Assembly (NCBI RefSeq): GCF_001194135.2
Contig: NC_068982.1
Location: 3,714,989 to 3,778,988 of the forward strand
Length of the DNA: 64,000 nucleotides
Origin: Octopus bimaculoides
Lineage: Eukaryota
Reading direction: 5' to 3'
The notes under the pieces are model-generated. The model was given only the letters and a program-made list of their open reading frames with translations, did not search any database and was not told the DNA's origin. This document shows, in pieces, positions 26,253 through 39,433 of the stretch. A program made the translations under genes and the position numbers. Numbering within the stretch: the first letter of the stretch is position 1; every line of letters starts with the position of its first letter.

Positions 26253-27079
26253 AATAACGACAATAACTACACCTTATAAGGAAGCTCTTTTGCCAGAATC
26301 AGCTCCTTGGCTCAGAATTTTCTTGATTTTTAAGGACATCCAAGTAATACCAGCTTAATTATTTAATTAGCACCCTATGGTAATAATCTTTGGTGGGGAA
26401 AAAATGAATTGTTCCTTGAGAAAGATGACTGCCTACAATTTCAGAGCGAAACTTGTTACAGCCCATCGCATGAAGTCGCCCACAGTTTGTGTCTAATGAA
26501 TTTCAATTACAAGGTTTGAATAAGGGATGAAACTCTGGCGGAGTGTCTTGTCCAAGATCCCTCGCTGCAAGATCAAACTCGGGGGTTCATGATTTTGCAG
26601 CAAACATCGTGTTTGTGTGTTTGTGTGGATTCGTGAACTAAACAATGGTAGACTTAATGGTTAAGACGTCCACTTTGCAATCACGAGATCTTTAGTTCAA
26701 TACCACTGCGTGACACCTCCGGCATGTGTCTTTTACGATATCTTAAGATTGACCCAAACATATACTGTCCGGAAGCTCGTCGAATGTATGCTACGTGTAA
26801 TCCAAAGGTCCAGTTTCCTCATACACCGGAATACTCAGCCTCTTACACATCACTTCAGTGAACAAATGTCTCAACTGAACAGCCATCGCCGAAACAGATG
26901 GAGATCCATTTACTTAACAAACGGTAGGCGATGCTAATCTGAAGATTTTCCTCGAGTTTAACCACGTTATTTTGCTCTCGTCGACAGAATTTTTCTAACA
27001 ATACCATCGCTTTTCAGAAAACCCATTTCATGCAACTCTTGAATTAAAGCAACTCTCTGAGGGTGATTATTCCTTCGAC

Positions 27080-27113
<34 letters not shown>

Positions 27114-27399
27114 TTANNNNNNNNNNNNNNNNNNNNNNNNNNNNNNNNNNNNNNNNNNNNNNNNNNNNNNNNNNNNNNNNNTATATATATATATATAAAA
27201 TCTCTGCATGTGTGTGTATCGATCTTTGTGTTTATGTCCCAAACTGAAATCGACCAAAATCCCTAGAAAGCGATGCTGCAGCATACCCGCACTCCGATGA
27301 CAAGCCTGTAAAAGCAAGTAAAACAATATATAACATGTTTCATTGACGTCTCTCTTTTTTTTGTGTGTGTGTTCGTTTTACCTTGTTTCTGTTTTGTTT

Positions 27400-28100
27400 T
27401 AATGTTCGTGTGTGGAGGCAGTGATGCTGATCCGCATCTTGTAAGCCCTTCTAATTCTATTTCTTGTTATATCACAATAAATGCGTGTGGCAATGTAGTC
27501 GAATGTATTAATCTGTTAAGGGTATTTTCTTCACTGCAGTTTATGAAGCCATTTATTTGTAACTTTTCTATTATTTCCCTTCCTTTGCTTATAACATTAT
27601 TATACTAGTTCTTTCTTATGATCTCTGTCTTTTGCATGTTCGTTGGTGCAACTCGTTCAAAATTTCACTGAAGCCCTTAATCTTGTTTCGTTTTTATGCT
27701 TTGTAGCCTATTGTTATTTGTTATTTTCTTGTTATTTTCTTGTTATTTTCACACTATTTGCAACCGTCTTTTATTTTCTTTGAGATGTACTTCAATTCCA
27801 GTTGTTACCATGTAATTGGTTACTACTTTATACTAATCCACTGCTTTCTCAATTTCCTTTTATCTAATGCTGGTTGATATTTGCGTTTGTGAGGTGGGTT
27901 CTCTATAAAATGTGGTGTTTCTTATTGTTAGTATCAATTTTTGGTTTTTGCTTTTGCTTCTTGCCAGAACTGACTCATCCTCCAATTTTTAACGTTCAAC
28001 AGACATTCCGATGCTTCAAGCATGCATTTTCTTATTTTGTATTTAGTTTGTCCCTAAATATAAGCAACACATGAAGTGTATATTTTTTCCTGTGGTATTT
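27400..28100 (-). mobile_element. Possible very old LINE RT N-terminal remnant
   Basis: Only weak residual motifs on the minus strand (EIEKAV-like), with many stops. Confidence 0.25.
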
Positions 28101-28517
28101 CGTGATGCTACATAATGTTTGGTCCGTTTCCAACACTTCTATGATTCAAGGTTTCAAATTCCATAAAAGCCACATCGGATCAGTTTTACAGTCAAATATT
28201 TGATGAATATTTGCTGTTTTTGCTTTTATTATTATCAACTTTGTTTTCTAAGAGCGATTCCACTTCATTCTTCAATCTCAGATTCTATTATTCTCTTATG
28301 CCAAATATTTCGACTTCGACTCTTTGGAATGGTGGCACTCATATGTTTTCTTGATTTAATAAATAGATGCAAGCCCTCTATATAGAACAGGGAGTTGTAT
28401 CTTTTAATCGTATGATGTGTCGACTTTTCTGAGTAACTTGCTCAAGGAAACAAGTGTTGCCCGTCATGTGCACAAAGATCACCCTCGTCTCCCATTTGCC
28501 CTTACACCTATTTTGTG

Positions 28518-28750
28518 AGGTGTGGTTAAGGTGTTGCACTCCCGATCGCGAGATTGTGGTTCAATTCCTAGATTAGGTGGTGCATTGTGTTCTTGAACAA
28601 AACACTTCATCTCGCGTTGCTCTACGATCACTTCGACACCTGACGCGTGGCACACCGTGCCCCAGTTCGGGCAACGTCGATTTGATGGAGGGCAGTGAGA
28701 TAATAAGTGGCACAAACATTTGATCACTGTAAACAAATCATTTGTGCAGA
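28518..28750 (+). mobile_element. tRNA-derived SINE, related family E
   Basis: gtgtggttaagg...ggttcaattcc...gtgttcttgaacaaaacacttc head resembles family C, but the body differs. Confidence 0.65.
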
Positions 28751-29489
28751 TCGTTCGGCAACAATCGCAGGACCGTCTTTCACGGACTATGAAAGACAAC
28801 CTTTAAATTTCCCTGCATTATGGTCTGAATTGTCAGATTTTTATCTCTCTACCCAGAAGACGGAGGCTGGATCTATCCGATGTTTATTTGCTTCCATTAC
28901 TGTTGCTCATTCTGGTGAACTACATCTGCCAGCATTAGGAAATAACTCCGATCCCCCCCCCCCCAGAAACAGTTGTTTGTGCTAGTAACACAATACCTTG
29001 TCCCCTTTATTTTTATGTGTCTTTGTACTTGTGTCAGTTTGATCTGTTAATATATATATAAACCTCATGTATATCGTTGGCGATTTTTTCTTCTTCCGTC
29101 TTCACTTCTTTGGACTTTCCTATATTTCCGACGAAGAGCTATATATATATAGAGAGAGAGAGAGAAAGAGAGAGGGGGGTGAACAGACAGAACACAACGA
29201 AGAGAAAAAGTCAGACGAAAGCAGAGCAAACGGGAAACTAGACGAAAACTTGGTTCNNNNNNNNNNNNNNNNNNNNNNNNNNNNNNNNNNNNNNNNNNNN
29301 NNNNNNNNNNNNNNNNNNNNNNNNNNNNNNNNNNNNNNNNNNNNNNNNNNNNNNNNNNNNNNNNNNNNNNNNNNNNNNNNNNNNNNNNNNNNNNNNNNNN
29401 NNNNNNNNNNNNNNTATATATATATATATATATATATATTAATATAAATAATATATAGATATATGCATATGTACATACCTATATCTATA

Positions 29490-30350
29490 TGTATACATAC
29501 ATGCATATATGGGTACAGGACATCAAAAAAACGTTAAGCACAATGAGAAACGAAAACATAAAGACGAAGACAGAAAATGAACTTTTTCGAACAACGAAAA
29601 AAAAACATAGAAACGAGACATGCAACATAAAGAGTATATCCCTTCGTCAGTTGTCCCTGTTCCATCTACTCCGCGTTTCGAAGGCAAGGACAATACGCGA
29701 CTTCGTTGGAACAGTCCTTCCCGCAAAGCAAAGTAAATAAAATTTTGAATTTTTTGCGGAGGGTGAAAGTGTTAACAAGAACAGGACACTGAGAACAAGA
29801 CAGTAAAAACAAACGGTGATGGCTGTTGAGCCGAGACGATAGAAAAAATATTATGAACGCTAAGTGCCATGATAGAAGAGACAGAAAAAACACGTCTGTT
29901 CTTTAGAAAGACCAGTGGGCAGAAAGAAAGAACCCCTTTCGTCACGTGTCAGCGACGAGAGAGTCTCTTCTATCTTTTCTTTTTTCAAAGAAAATATTTC
30001 TCCCAGCGTTCACTATTTTCCCTTCGTTCTGGTCTAACGACCCTCCATGTTTGTTTTCGTTCGGTTTCCTTATATGTCTCCACTGTCCTGTTTTTGTTCC
30101 CAACTTTGACCGTCCATAAAATCCAAAATTTAGTTTGGAAGTTATGGGAGCAACTGTCTTCGAAGACTCATATTATCGTTGATTGCTGGAAATAAGGAGT
30201 AGATTGACAGCCGACAGCTGATGAAGTGTCGTTCTTTGTATTATTTGTCCTGTTTTCCATTTATTTTTCTCTCGTTGCTTACGTACTTAACTCACTTGTT
30301 TTCGTATTTCATGTTGTTTACTGTTGGTGACCTCCTGTACCCATATATGC

Positions 30351-30360
<10 letters not shown>
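29490..30360. repeat. Two diverged copies of interspersed repeat family F, head-to-head
   Basis: Both end in tcctgtacccatatatgcat and share homologous interiors including gaca(a/g)ctga(c/t)gaag. Confidence 0.7.
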
Positions 30361-30392
<32 letters not shown>

Positions 30393-30851
30393 ATTATTAT
30401 TATCATTATTATTATTATTATTATTACGATAAATGTAAACACGGCATTGGTCGAGTTGCTGCTATAATAGGAGACCTTTCCTACGGTACCGAGCAGTGAG
30501 AGTGAACCCGAAGCCACGTGGCTGCAAAGGGAGCTTCTTAACCACACAGCCATGTTGAAGGCTTTTTTCCCTTTTGTTTTTTCCTTTGTAGGTTTGTGTT
30601 TGTGATTTGTCGTTATTTGTAAAAGTGTCAATCATCCGTTGTTTGTTGAAGTGAAGCCAAAGCCTGCTTCGGTCATTATAACGTTCGTGGCTTTATGTTC
30701 CAGGTTGCTTGCCTTACACCAGCGATCCAATTTGGGTGGCCGCATAATTCCGTTCTTTGCCACCGGAGGGGGAAAATATTTTAGTTTTAAAATAATTAAT
30801 AAGAAGTTAACTGTTCCGGATTCGGACCGGGTGGGTCTCCAGGTCAACAGC

Positions 30852-31190
30852 TCCAGATCAACCAAAGCCTTGTAAGTGGATTTGATAAACGGAAACTGAA
30901 AGAAGCCCGTTTTAAATGCGTGTAAGTGTATGTGTGTGTGAGTATATGTGTGTGTGCTTGTGTGCTTGTGTGTGTACCTTTGTGTTTGAGTTTGTCCCGC
31001 ACCACCGCTTGAGGACAGGCGTTGGTTTGTTTATACCCCATAACTTACCCGTTCGGCATAAGAGACCTAGAGAATAAATACCAGGCTTTAAAAATTAAGT
31101 CCTGGGATCGATTCATTCGACTACAGCCCTTCAAGGCAGTGCCTCAGTATGGTCGCAATCCAATGAGTAAAACAAGTAAAAGAGAGAAAA
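30852..31190 (+). mobile_element. SINE family B, 5'-truncated
   Basis: accaaagccttgtaagtggatttg...aaacaagtaaaagag. Confidence 0.85.
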
Positions 31191-33485
31191 AAATAAAGAT
31201 ATGGTTATACAATAAAGGAAACGCATGAGGGCCACAACACGACATTTACAGCGAACAGAAACTGAAAACATCAAATGCTGATGCATCAGATTTTTTTTTA
31301 ATATATTTTTATATTAAAATTTTTCAAAAAGGGTCGCTGAGATTTATTGCTTTGCTAAAATATGTAAAAGATGGTAAAAGATTGGGATGCGGCATTTTAC
31401 AGATAAACAGTTCTTCCGTTTTCGATTATTTTGGTTTTGGTTTTGGTTTTGGTTTTGGTTTTCGGGTGGGTTTCATGCAATTAGTTCTTATATCTAATAG
31501 TGCATGAGCTGACATTCCTTACGTGACATCAAGGTTATTATTCCTTCAAAGTGGGTTCGTCTAATTTTATATTACATTTTGCTGCAGGCAAATAACACAA
31601 CTGCACTGTAATCACTCATAACTTAATAATATTCAACCAATGTCTGTCTTCCTATTGTTTTCCTAGATTTCTTCCATTCAACGCTGTGAGTGCTTTCTAT
31701 TTATTCTGCTCGGAATGTGAAATTATTATAATTCACACTTTGTTTTTCTTGAAGATTTGTTTATGGTCTTCCCAAAATCCAAACAGGTTGTGTGTATGCA
31801 TTCATGAATGCGTGTATGCATGAATGCATGTACATAGGCATGTGTGCATGTGTATTTGTATGTATGCATATATGTATGCAGATATTAAAGTATGTATGAA
31901 TGTATGTGTATGCGTGTGTGTGTGTGTGCTTAGTTTTTCTTAAATTTTGTCTTAAGGGCGATAACCAAGCTCCTTCGTATTTATTTGGTTTTTAATTCCC
32001 AATATAATTTTTTTAAGCTACCTTATCTGTTATTGTAGTGAATTTCACATCAACGGTTCAATGTGATATTTTATGCCCTCCTTCCCTACATCTCGGCTTC
32101 TTTATTCTTGTGACTATTCTTCTTTCTCAACAGTTTATTACCGTGTTTTATTGGTAAATCATACCGGGTTTGAACAAAAGTCTGCTGGTTCTATTTTTAC
32201 AATGCTCTTCAGATTGTTTGCGTCAGTATTTCTGTCTCTAAGCTCCAGAACACATTGAATTTGAGATCTGATACTTTGCTCTGAATGACCGTCATTCAAA
32301 GTCACCAAGAACTCAAATAGACTAAGGGATCAGAATGACCAGCAGCTCAGAATATCTCAGAGCTCAGAATGACCAAGAACACGGAGTGACCAAGTGTTCC
32401 CAGTTGTTGCCAGGATTTTACGGGTCTTGATATCTATCGAGTGGATTTTGAGCTTTAAATAAAACCAAGATTATTTGGATGACGTCATTGAAATTTCCAG
32501 TTGTAAGTCTTCGCACTTGATTATACTTCCCGTTCACGCTTAGGAAAAAATTCTTCCGCACTGGCCCAGTGAAGATATTGGTCATCTTGGTTATGTTGGT
32601 TCGTGTGTAGAGCTTTGGTTAATAATACTAGACATTCAGAGGTATTGGATTATATTTCAAGATTTTTTAGTTATATTAAAGATTAATGTTGTGACGTGTT
32701 TTATGACTAACGATTGATCCTGTGATGCTGTTTGAAGAGATTATTTTACATTTAATACTTGCTCTGCTTATCCAGACCGGTAACACTTAACTAAATACGC
32801 CTTTCTCTTCCAGAGATTTGTAAAACAGACGATGTACTTGACTTGTCCACCAGTTTTTTGGAGTCTTTTTTTTTTCTTGATAGAAATTAAATCATCCATT
32901 TGGCTAACAGCTTTATAAGGTGATGGCATGTAGAGCGAGATGTCTGTTTGACTTTACATAACGATCTTTTGTAATGTCCTGGTAGACGAGAAGAAAAGGA
33001 TATTTGCCGTTTCTATAATTGTCAGTCCTTCAAATAGAGACAGCAGATAAAACCTTGCTCCACGTTGTGTTATATTTAAAAGCTTGTCTATTTACATAAA
33101 TCTTGTCTCTTTTTTTTTATGCCTTGGGACATACAACTAGTGAATATCTGCTTTTAGAATTGTGCACCCCATGAGTAATGAGTCATTTTCTTGCTTTGTA
33201 ATGCCACCTTATGCCATCATTTCCAGTTGAGGTTATTATCCGAACTTCTGCGAATTATTGAGCGTTTTTGTTAGGGAAACATAATTCAATTTTTAGTAAC
33301 AACGTCACCCATTCTCTAATTCTTCTTCTTTAATTTTCTTTCGTTCGTGTACACCGGATGCTTATGACCTAAATCACTCTAGTCATATTCGTAACCATTC
33401 TCCTTTAAATTGCTAAATTCCTTTCCACATCCAACCGAGTGGGATGTCCACAATTCTTGGCATCTCTGTAGAGTGTTTTTTAATA

Positions 33486-33675
33486 TGTGTGTGTGTGTGT
33501 TTGTATCTATGTGTGTGAGTGTGTGTATGAGTGTTTGTATGTGTTTGTGTTTGTATGCGAGTAAGTGTGTTTGTATATGTGTGTGTGTGTTTATATATGT
33601 GTTTGTGTGTGTATGTGTGAGTGAGTGTGTGTGTTTGTGTGTGTGTGTGTGAGTGAGTGTGAGTGAGTGTGTGTG
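33486..33675. repeat. Degenerate (TG)n tract
   Basis: Direct reading of the sequence. Confidence 0.95.
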
Positions 33676-33689
33676 GACCAGTGGCCACT

Positions 33690-34720
33690 TCCGACACCCT
33701 AAGTCACACCAGCATTCTTACTGAATGCCAGGGACCGTGTAACATCCCACAAAAGCAAAACCCAGCACCCGATAGACTTACATCCAGCAATATGTACATG
33801 GCACTAACAGAAACACTTCTGAACGCTGCCATGTCATATGCTGAGATACACATACCAAAGTCTGCTGTGTTTCGAACAGACAGGAGAGAAAGAGCTGAAG
33901 ATGCAATGTACCCCCAGGAAGATGTCACGCCTGCGGTCCTGCTGTCGCACTCAAACTCAATCTGTGATACTCTGGTGGCACACATTAAACAGATGAAAAT
34001 AGTAATATGTACTACATATCGCCCACCAGATGCTCCAAATCATGGGGACTCATTCGAAGAGAGCCTCAAAAACAGGGGAGAAGTATTAACCATCCTAGAT
34101 AATAGCTTTCACATACTTTTAGGAGACTTCAACCTCCCTGATGTCGAATGGCCTGAGAGCCACCTTCTCCTAGGTATGTCACTGCATGAACAGAGTCTCT
34201 ACTCGACCTCACAAACATGCTCTTTATGGAGAAAATATTACTCTACCCAACAAGGAGTAAATTGTCCAGGAATTCTGCTTCACAAATAACACGGCGCTCA
34301 TCCATGATATTAAGGTGACCCCAACGATTTTCTCTGGAAATGATTTGATAGAATTAACAATGTATGATCCGCAGAAAACTGTAAACATACAGGCTACTAG
34401 AAGCACCCAACTCCTTTCCAGCCGGAAATTCTATAAAACTGATTGGAAAGGTATTCAGAAAGATGTCATGGAATAAAACTAGTCTACCAGTCTCTTTACG
34501 GAAGATATTGACATAAAGCTACAGAACTTTATGACAATCAGGATTAGCATATGTTGTAAGTTTGCTCCAGAAAGAATGACAACCCAACAGAAAAACATAA
34601 TTCCCAGGGAAAAGAAAATTTTAAAGAGACGACGGGCATCGAACCATTTGAGAGGGCCACTAAAGAATAGCGAAGGATCCTATTTCAAACAAACATTGCT
34701 CGAAATAGAAAATGATCTAA
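33690..34720 (+). mobile_element. Decayed CR1-like LINE, APE endonuclease region
   Basis: Motifs ALTETLL, YRPP and LLGDFNLPDVEW in ORF 33663-34289, with frameshifted continuation. Confidence 0.8.
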
Positions 34721-35460
34721 AATACTTCTTTGTCCTCCTCTCCGTTATATTATTCTACACCAGCTACATTAATTGGGATCTCTTGTAACAAAGGGAAGAC
34801 AACTCTTAGTTTTATTACTTTTCTTCTTTTCCATTTCACTTTTTTTGCGTTTTTATTCCCATTTTTTCTCATGTTTTCTCATAGACCAGCGTCCTGGTTT
34901 TCGCGTAGGTCTCACGGTAAGCCCTGAACCTGAAAGATTGCTTCAAGAAACATGGCATGTTATATAAATCTGCTAAATTATTGTGTCTCTGCAACATGAA
35001 ACTATTAGTAGCTGTTCTGTAAATAGTGTATATTAAATGATGTGTGTGTGAGCATGTGTGTGTTCGTGTGGGTGTATGCATACATACATATATGCATACT
35101 CACACGTACGCACACACAAATATATGCATCTATACTATAAGGAATGTTCATACTTAAATAGCAACATAATAAGTACCTACATCAGATGGGTGGTGAACTG
35201 TTTCATTTCGGTCTTATATTTTTTTTATCTTGTTTTTTTCGAGAAAGCCCCATGATAGTTACTGGTATTGCATAGAACTACACTTGCTTTGTTCATGAGT
35301 ATTGCAAGAACCGACTAAAAAAGATCTTTTCATATCGTCTTGACAGCAACATAAAACATTTCAGTCGTATTTTTATTTACCGTTCACCTTTATTTATCGT
35401 TCTTCCGTTTTTCTTTCTTTTTTTTCCTATTTTTTGGTTCGGAGAATCAGTTTTAGGCTC

Positions 35461-35478
35461 GAAAATGGCGCCATTTTC
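35461..35478. promoter_or_regulatory. 18-bp perfect palindrome GAAAATGGCGCCATTTTC containing back-to-back YY1-type motifs
   Basis: The palindrome is seen directly; AAAATGGCG/CGCCATTTT matches the YY1 core. Function is inferred. Confidence 0.35.
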
Positions 35479-36128
35479 TTATTTTAGTCTCTGTACTTTT
35501 TTTGGATTTCTTTTCTTTTTTTCTTCTCGGAATTTTGAAAATGAAAATTCGGACATATCTGTAATTCATATGATTTGAAGCTAAGAAATATTTATTTCAC
35601 AGTTTTTTCTTCAGTATGAAANNNNNNNNNNAAAGTAACAACGAGAGACAATTGCATCCATAACTGTTTTTTACGTATGAATTTTTTCCTATTTCTGCTA
35701 AAACGATGAACAGTTAAAATAGTGGTTTGTTCGGCAGGAATGATACACAGAGACAGGAAAGCGAAATAAAATTTGATATTGTTTTCAAGGGAATTATAAT
35801 GGAATAGAATGTTTATGATACCCGTGGAGTATCTTCTCCCATTATAATTATTTTTGTAGTTTCAAGGAGGTTCACAAGCGGATTACAATCCAATAGCCGT
35901 TTATTTTACAGAGTTCTGGTTCATGTGGTTCGCTCTCAGTGACCATCTTTATAGCAGCACGTGGTTTGTCTTAACTCCGTACAAGTGAGATTCCTTACTT
36001 CTGGAGATGAGCATGTGGAGTCAGAGCGAGACAAGAGTCCGCTGTGAGATGCTGGCTTCGCAGTGTTTCTCGGTATAAGCGTGAGAAGAAACGAGAGTGT
36101 GAATGTCGTTGTTCTCTTGCTTAAATAC

Positions 36129-36235
36129 TGGTTGCCAGCGAGAATCTCGTTGTTGTCTCGCGCATGGTAAATGGTTGCAGGCGAGATCTCGTTCTTGTCT
36201 CGCGCATGGCAATGGCTACCGGCAAGATCTCGTTC
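36129..36235. repeat. About 41-bp degenerate tandem repeat x2.6 with internal palindromes
   Basis: tggttgc.ggcgagatctcgtt.ttgtctcgcgcatgg unit. Confidence 0.8.
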
Positions 36236-36473
36236 AAATTGGCGCTGGTTTCTTGTGCCACGCTACAGAATTATCAGCGTAAATGAAGAAAATTTATTGA
36301 AACAAGATTGCAGATTCTAGGCAGTTCACAGAACTTAAATTGGACAACAGTTCCCTGGTATCATTGAATACCATTCTCCATTCATTGCAATGTATCAAGA
36401 GAATCTTCAAGAAATCATGATTTTTGTGCATCGCACAATCAGTAACGCTCGCTTGACTTAATTATTGATGCGA

Positions 36474-36619
36474 GATGAGCAAGCTGGCAGAATCGTTAGC
36501 GCATTTCGTCTGTTTTTATAATCTGAGTTCAAATTCTGCCGAGGTCGACTTTGCCTATCATCCTTTCGGGGTCGATAAAATAAGTACCAGTTGAACATTG
36601 CTGGCCTTGTGCCAAAATT
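36474..36619 (+). mobile_element. SINE family A (internally deleted)
   Basis: gctggcagaatcgttagc...gaggtcgactttgcc. Confidence 0.85.
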
Positions 36620-36919
36620 AAAAACCAATTATTGGAGTTAGTCTCCTCTGTCTTACTTGCGAATGTGATGTTTATTCGCTTTTCCGAATCCGCTAACCAA
36701 TCGTCAGGCAAAATGTCTTTAAGAAGAGCTGTACAAAAAGTTACTTCTCTCCCTCTCCTACACGACTGAGTTCCGATTCCACTCCGTACACATACAACAA
36801 AACCCTTTCTAAACTCTTGTAATCCACCGAAATTATTTCCCCTCTGCATGTTACACGGCGATCAAAATCAAAAACTTCTACCCGTATTTGCTATCATCGA
36901 TAAACGATAACTGGCACAG

Positions 36920-37080
36920 GAGGGTTCAAGTTGATGTAATCGACGAAACAGCCTGCTCGTGAAATTAACGGGAAAGTGGTTGAGTACTCCACAGACACAC
37001 ATATCCTTAACCCGTAGTTCTCAAGGAGATCCAGCGTGACAAAAAGTGTGACAAGGCTGGCCCTTTTGAATTACAGGTAT
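36920..37080 (-). mobile_element. SINE family C, 3' part
   Basis: aacagcctgctcgtgaaattaac...ccttttgaattacaggta. Confidence 0.8.
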
Positions 37081-37139
37081 TCCTCATTCAATCTCCAAAA
37101 CGGTATCACAAGCCCCTAATTAAACCCATCCAAGAAACT

Positions 37140-37620
37140 TGCTACAGCGTCCCAGTCACAAGACTCTCAACCGATTCTCTTCCTTTTCAATATGTCAAAA
37201 CCACCTTTTTCGCTTCATCAATTTCCCTTCACTCCTTGGTGATCACCATTTCATCTGACTCCATATGCTGACCATCTTCAGCCTCACCGTTTTGAATTTT
37301 TTTACCAAAAGTAATTTTGTTGTCTTCAAAATTAGAAAAACCTTCGACTTTGTCTAACATGAGACTCCTTCTCGAAATTACTCGTCTACGTAATCCATCC
37401 TTTCTTCATCTCTCAGATGATAAATTTCTTTTTAGCATATATAGACAGGACCCACGCTAGACTTAGACTCTATAAACACTGGTAGATGCAAAGATGACAA
37501 TTTTCTAGTTGTCACGTTTAACAAAACATACCTATGTCGATGACATCGGCCATCACTCCTTGAATACACTTTTCTACACAGGCATCAGATGTACGGAATC
37601 TAGACAGCGCACAACCGATA
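37140..37620 (+). mobile_element. Highly decayed LINE reverse transcriptase fragment
   Basis: IRKTFDFV*H (KAFD-like, about 37331-37360) and TYVDDI (YADD-like, about 37530-37547), with stops and frameshifts. Confidence 0.5.
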
Positions 37621-38600
37621 TTCACCATTTTCATGAAGAAAACATTTTCATGAAAAGTAAATGACAATTTAGTCTCAACAGCATCAAGATGAGATCATTT
37701 CGTATAGAGAGAAAACATAGACAACACAAATAGATATTTATCTGTGGATAAATATATTGCGAATGTACAAATAAATATTATCCACTAAACGTGGTGTTGA
37801 GAAGCGGTATTGAGCACTCACCCTCACTGTTCGCCACTATCGTTTGTGTGTTTGTGTATAGAGATAGTAAAGCAAATAAGTATAATTAGGCTTGGCATAT
37901 ATATATTGGCAACACAAATTCACATATATATATATATANNNNNNNNNNNNNNNNNNNNNNNNNNNNNNNNNNNNNNNNNNNNNNNNNNNNNNNNNNNNNN
38001 NNNNNNNNNNNNNNNNNNNNNNNNNNNNNNNNNNNNNNNNNNNNNNNNNNNNNNNNNNNNNNNNNNNNNNNNNNNNNNNNNNNNNNNNNNNNNNNNNNNN
38101 NNNNNNNNNNNNNNNNNNNNNNNNNNNNNNNNNNNNNNNNNNNNNNNNNNNNNNNNNNNNNNNNNNNNNNNNNNNNNNNNNNNNNNNNNNNNNNNNNNNN
38201 NNNNNNNNNNNNNNNNNNNNNNNNNNNNNNNNNNNNNNNNNNNNNNNNNNNNNNNNNNNNNNNNNNNNNNNNNNNNNNNNNNNNNNNNNNNNNNNNNNNN
38301 NNNNNNNNNNNNNNNNNNNNNNNNNNNNNNNNNNNNNNNNNNNNNNNNNNNNNNNNNNNNNNNNNNNNNNNNNNNNNNNNNNNNNNNNNNNNNNNNNNNN
38401 NNNNNNNNNNNNNNNNNNNNNNNTCTTAATAACTCCGATGTGACTCTTCTTTCTTTCTTTTTTTCTCTCTTCTCCCACTATTCTATTCTTTTGCTCTTTC
38501 GTTTTCTCTCTACCTTTCTCTTGTTCTTTTGCAACCTCTTCTCCCACTATTCTATCCTTCTACTCTTTCGTTTTCTCTCTTCCTTTCTTTTTCCTCCCCT

Positions 38601-38649
<49 letters not shown>

Positions 38650-38699
38650 ATCTTGTCTCAAAATCTTTTCCTCTCCCCTTCACAGTTCTCTGCCTGTCA

Positions 38700-39180
38700 C
38701 TCTTCCTCCTTTGCTCACGTGACCCCACGTGACCACCGCCTATTCTCCTAATTTGTGTTTCTTTCTTTTTTCCTGCTTCAGCTCGACAGGAAAGACGTAT
38801 TGTTCTCTGTTCCCTGTCCAGGCTTGTTTCTTGGCGTTCGCCACCACAACTTCGTTTAGGCTTAGCAGCCCTTCCTGTTTGTTTCCAATGTCCTGTTTTT
38901 GTCACCCCCTTGATCCTCCACAAGATCGCAAATTTTATTTAACTTGCTTTTCGGGAGCAACTGTTTTATCGAAGGCGTATCTTGTCGTGAATTGCTCGAA
39001 ATACGAACTAGAAAAACAGCCGACAACTGATGAAGGGTCGTTCCTTGTGCTGCTCGTCTTGTTTTCCATTTGTTTCTTTCGTCGCTTGCAAAAAAAAAAG
39101 CCTTTATTCCATGTCCTCGTACTTCGTATTATTTGTTGTTTATGTTTTGTGACGTCCTATGCCCACATATGCATACGTAT
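38700..39180 (+). repeat. Third family F copy
   Basis: cgggagcaactgttttatcgaag...cagccgacaactgatgaagggtcg...gacgtcctatgcccacatatgcat. Confidence 0.7.
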
Positions 39181-39221
39181 ATACATAAACATGTAAGTAT
39201 GTACGTATACGTATGTATATA

Positions 39222-39270
<49 letters not shown>

Positions 39271-39433
39271 CAAACAGAGTTAGCGGTTATAATAACCGAT
39301 TAAGGGATAAAATATCCGAATGTACTATCGGTATCTGTCACCCGTATTATCTCTGGGCATGGGAATGCAGGCACACTATGCTTGTAGAGTACAGGTACCA
39401 ACAGGATAAACAAGAGTTTATCAGGAGACAAAT

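Noticed and set aside
29640-29700. Type-II hammerhead in family F (GAAAC upstream of CTGACGA, minus strand)
   Set aside because: The segment after the putative cleavage triplet cannot form stem I in this copy or in the 39.0-kb copy.
31432-31462. (TTTTGG)n as telomeric repeat
   Set aside because: Only about 5 units and not the TTAGGG motif, so an ordinary microsatellite.
32400-33330. Possible minus-strand LINE endonuclease remnant
   Set aside because: The sequence looks coding-derived, but I could not recover any diagnostic motif.
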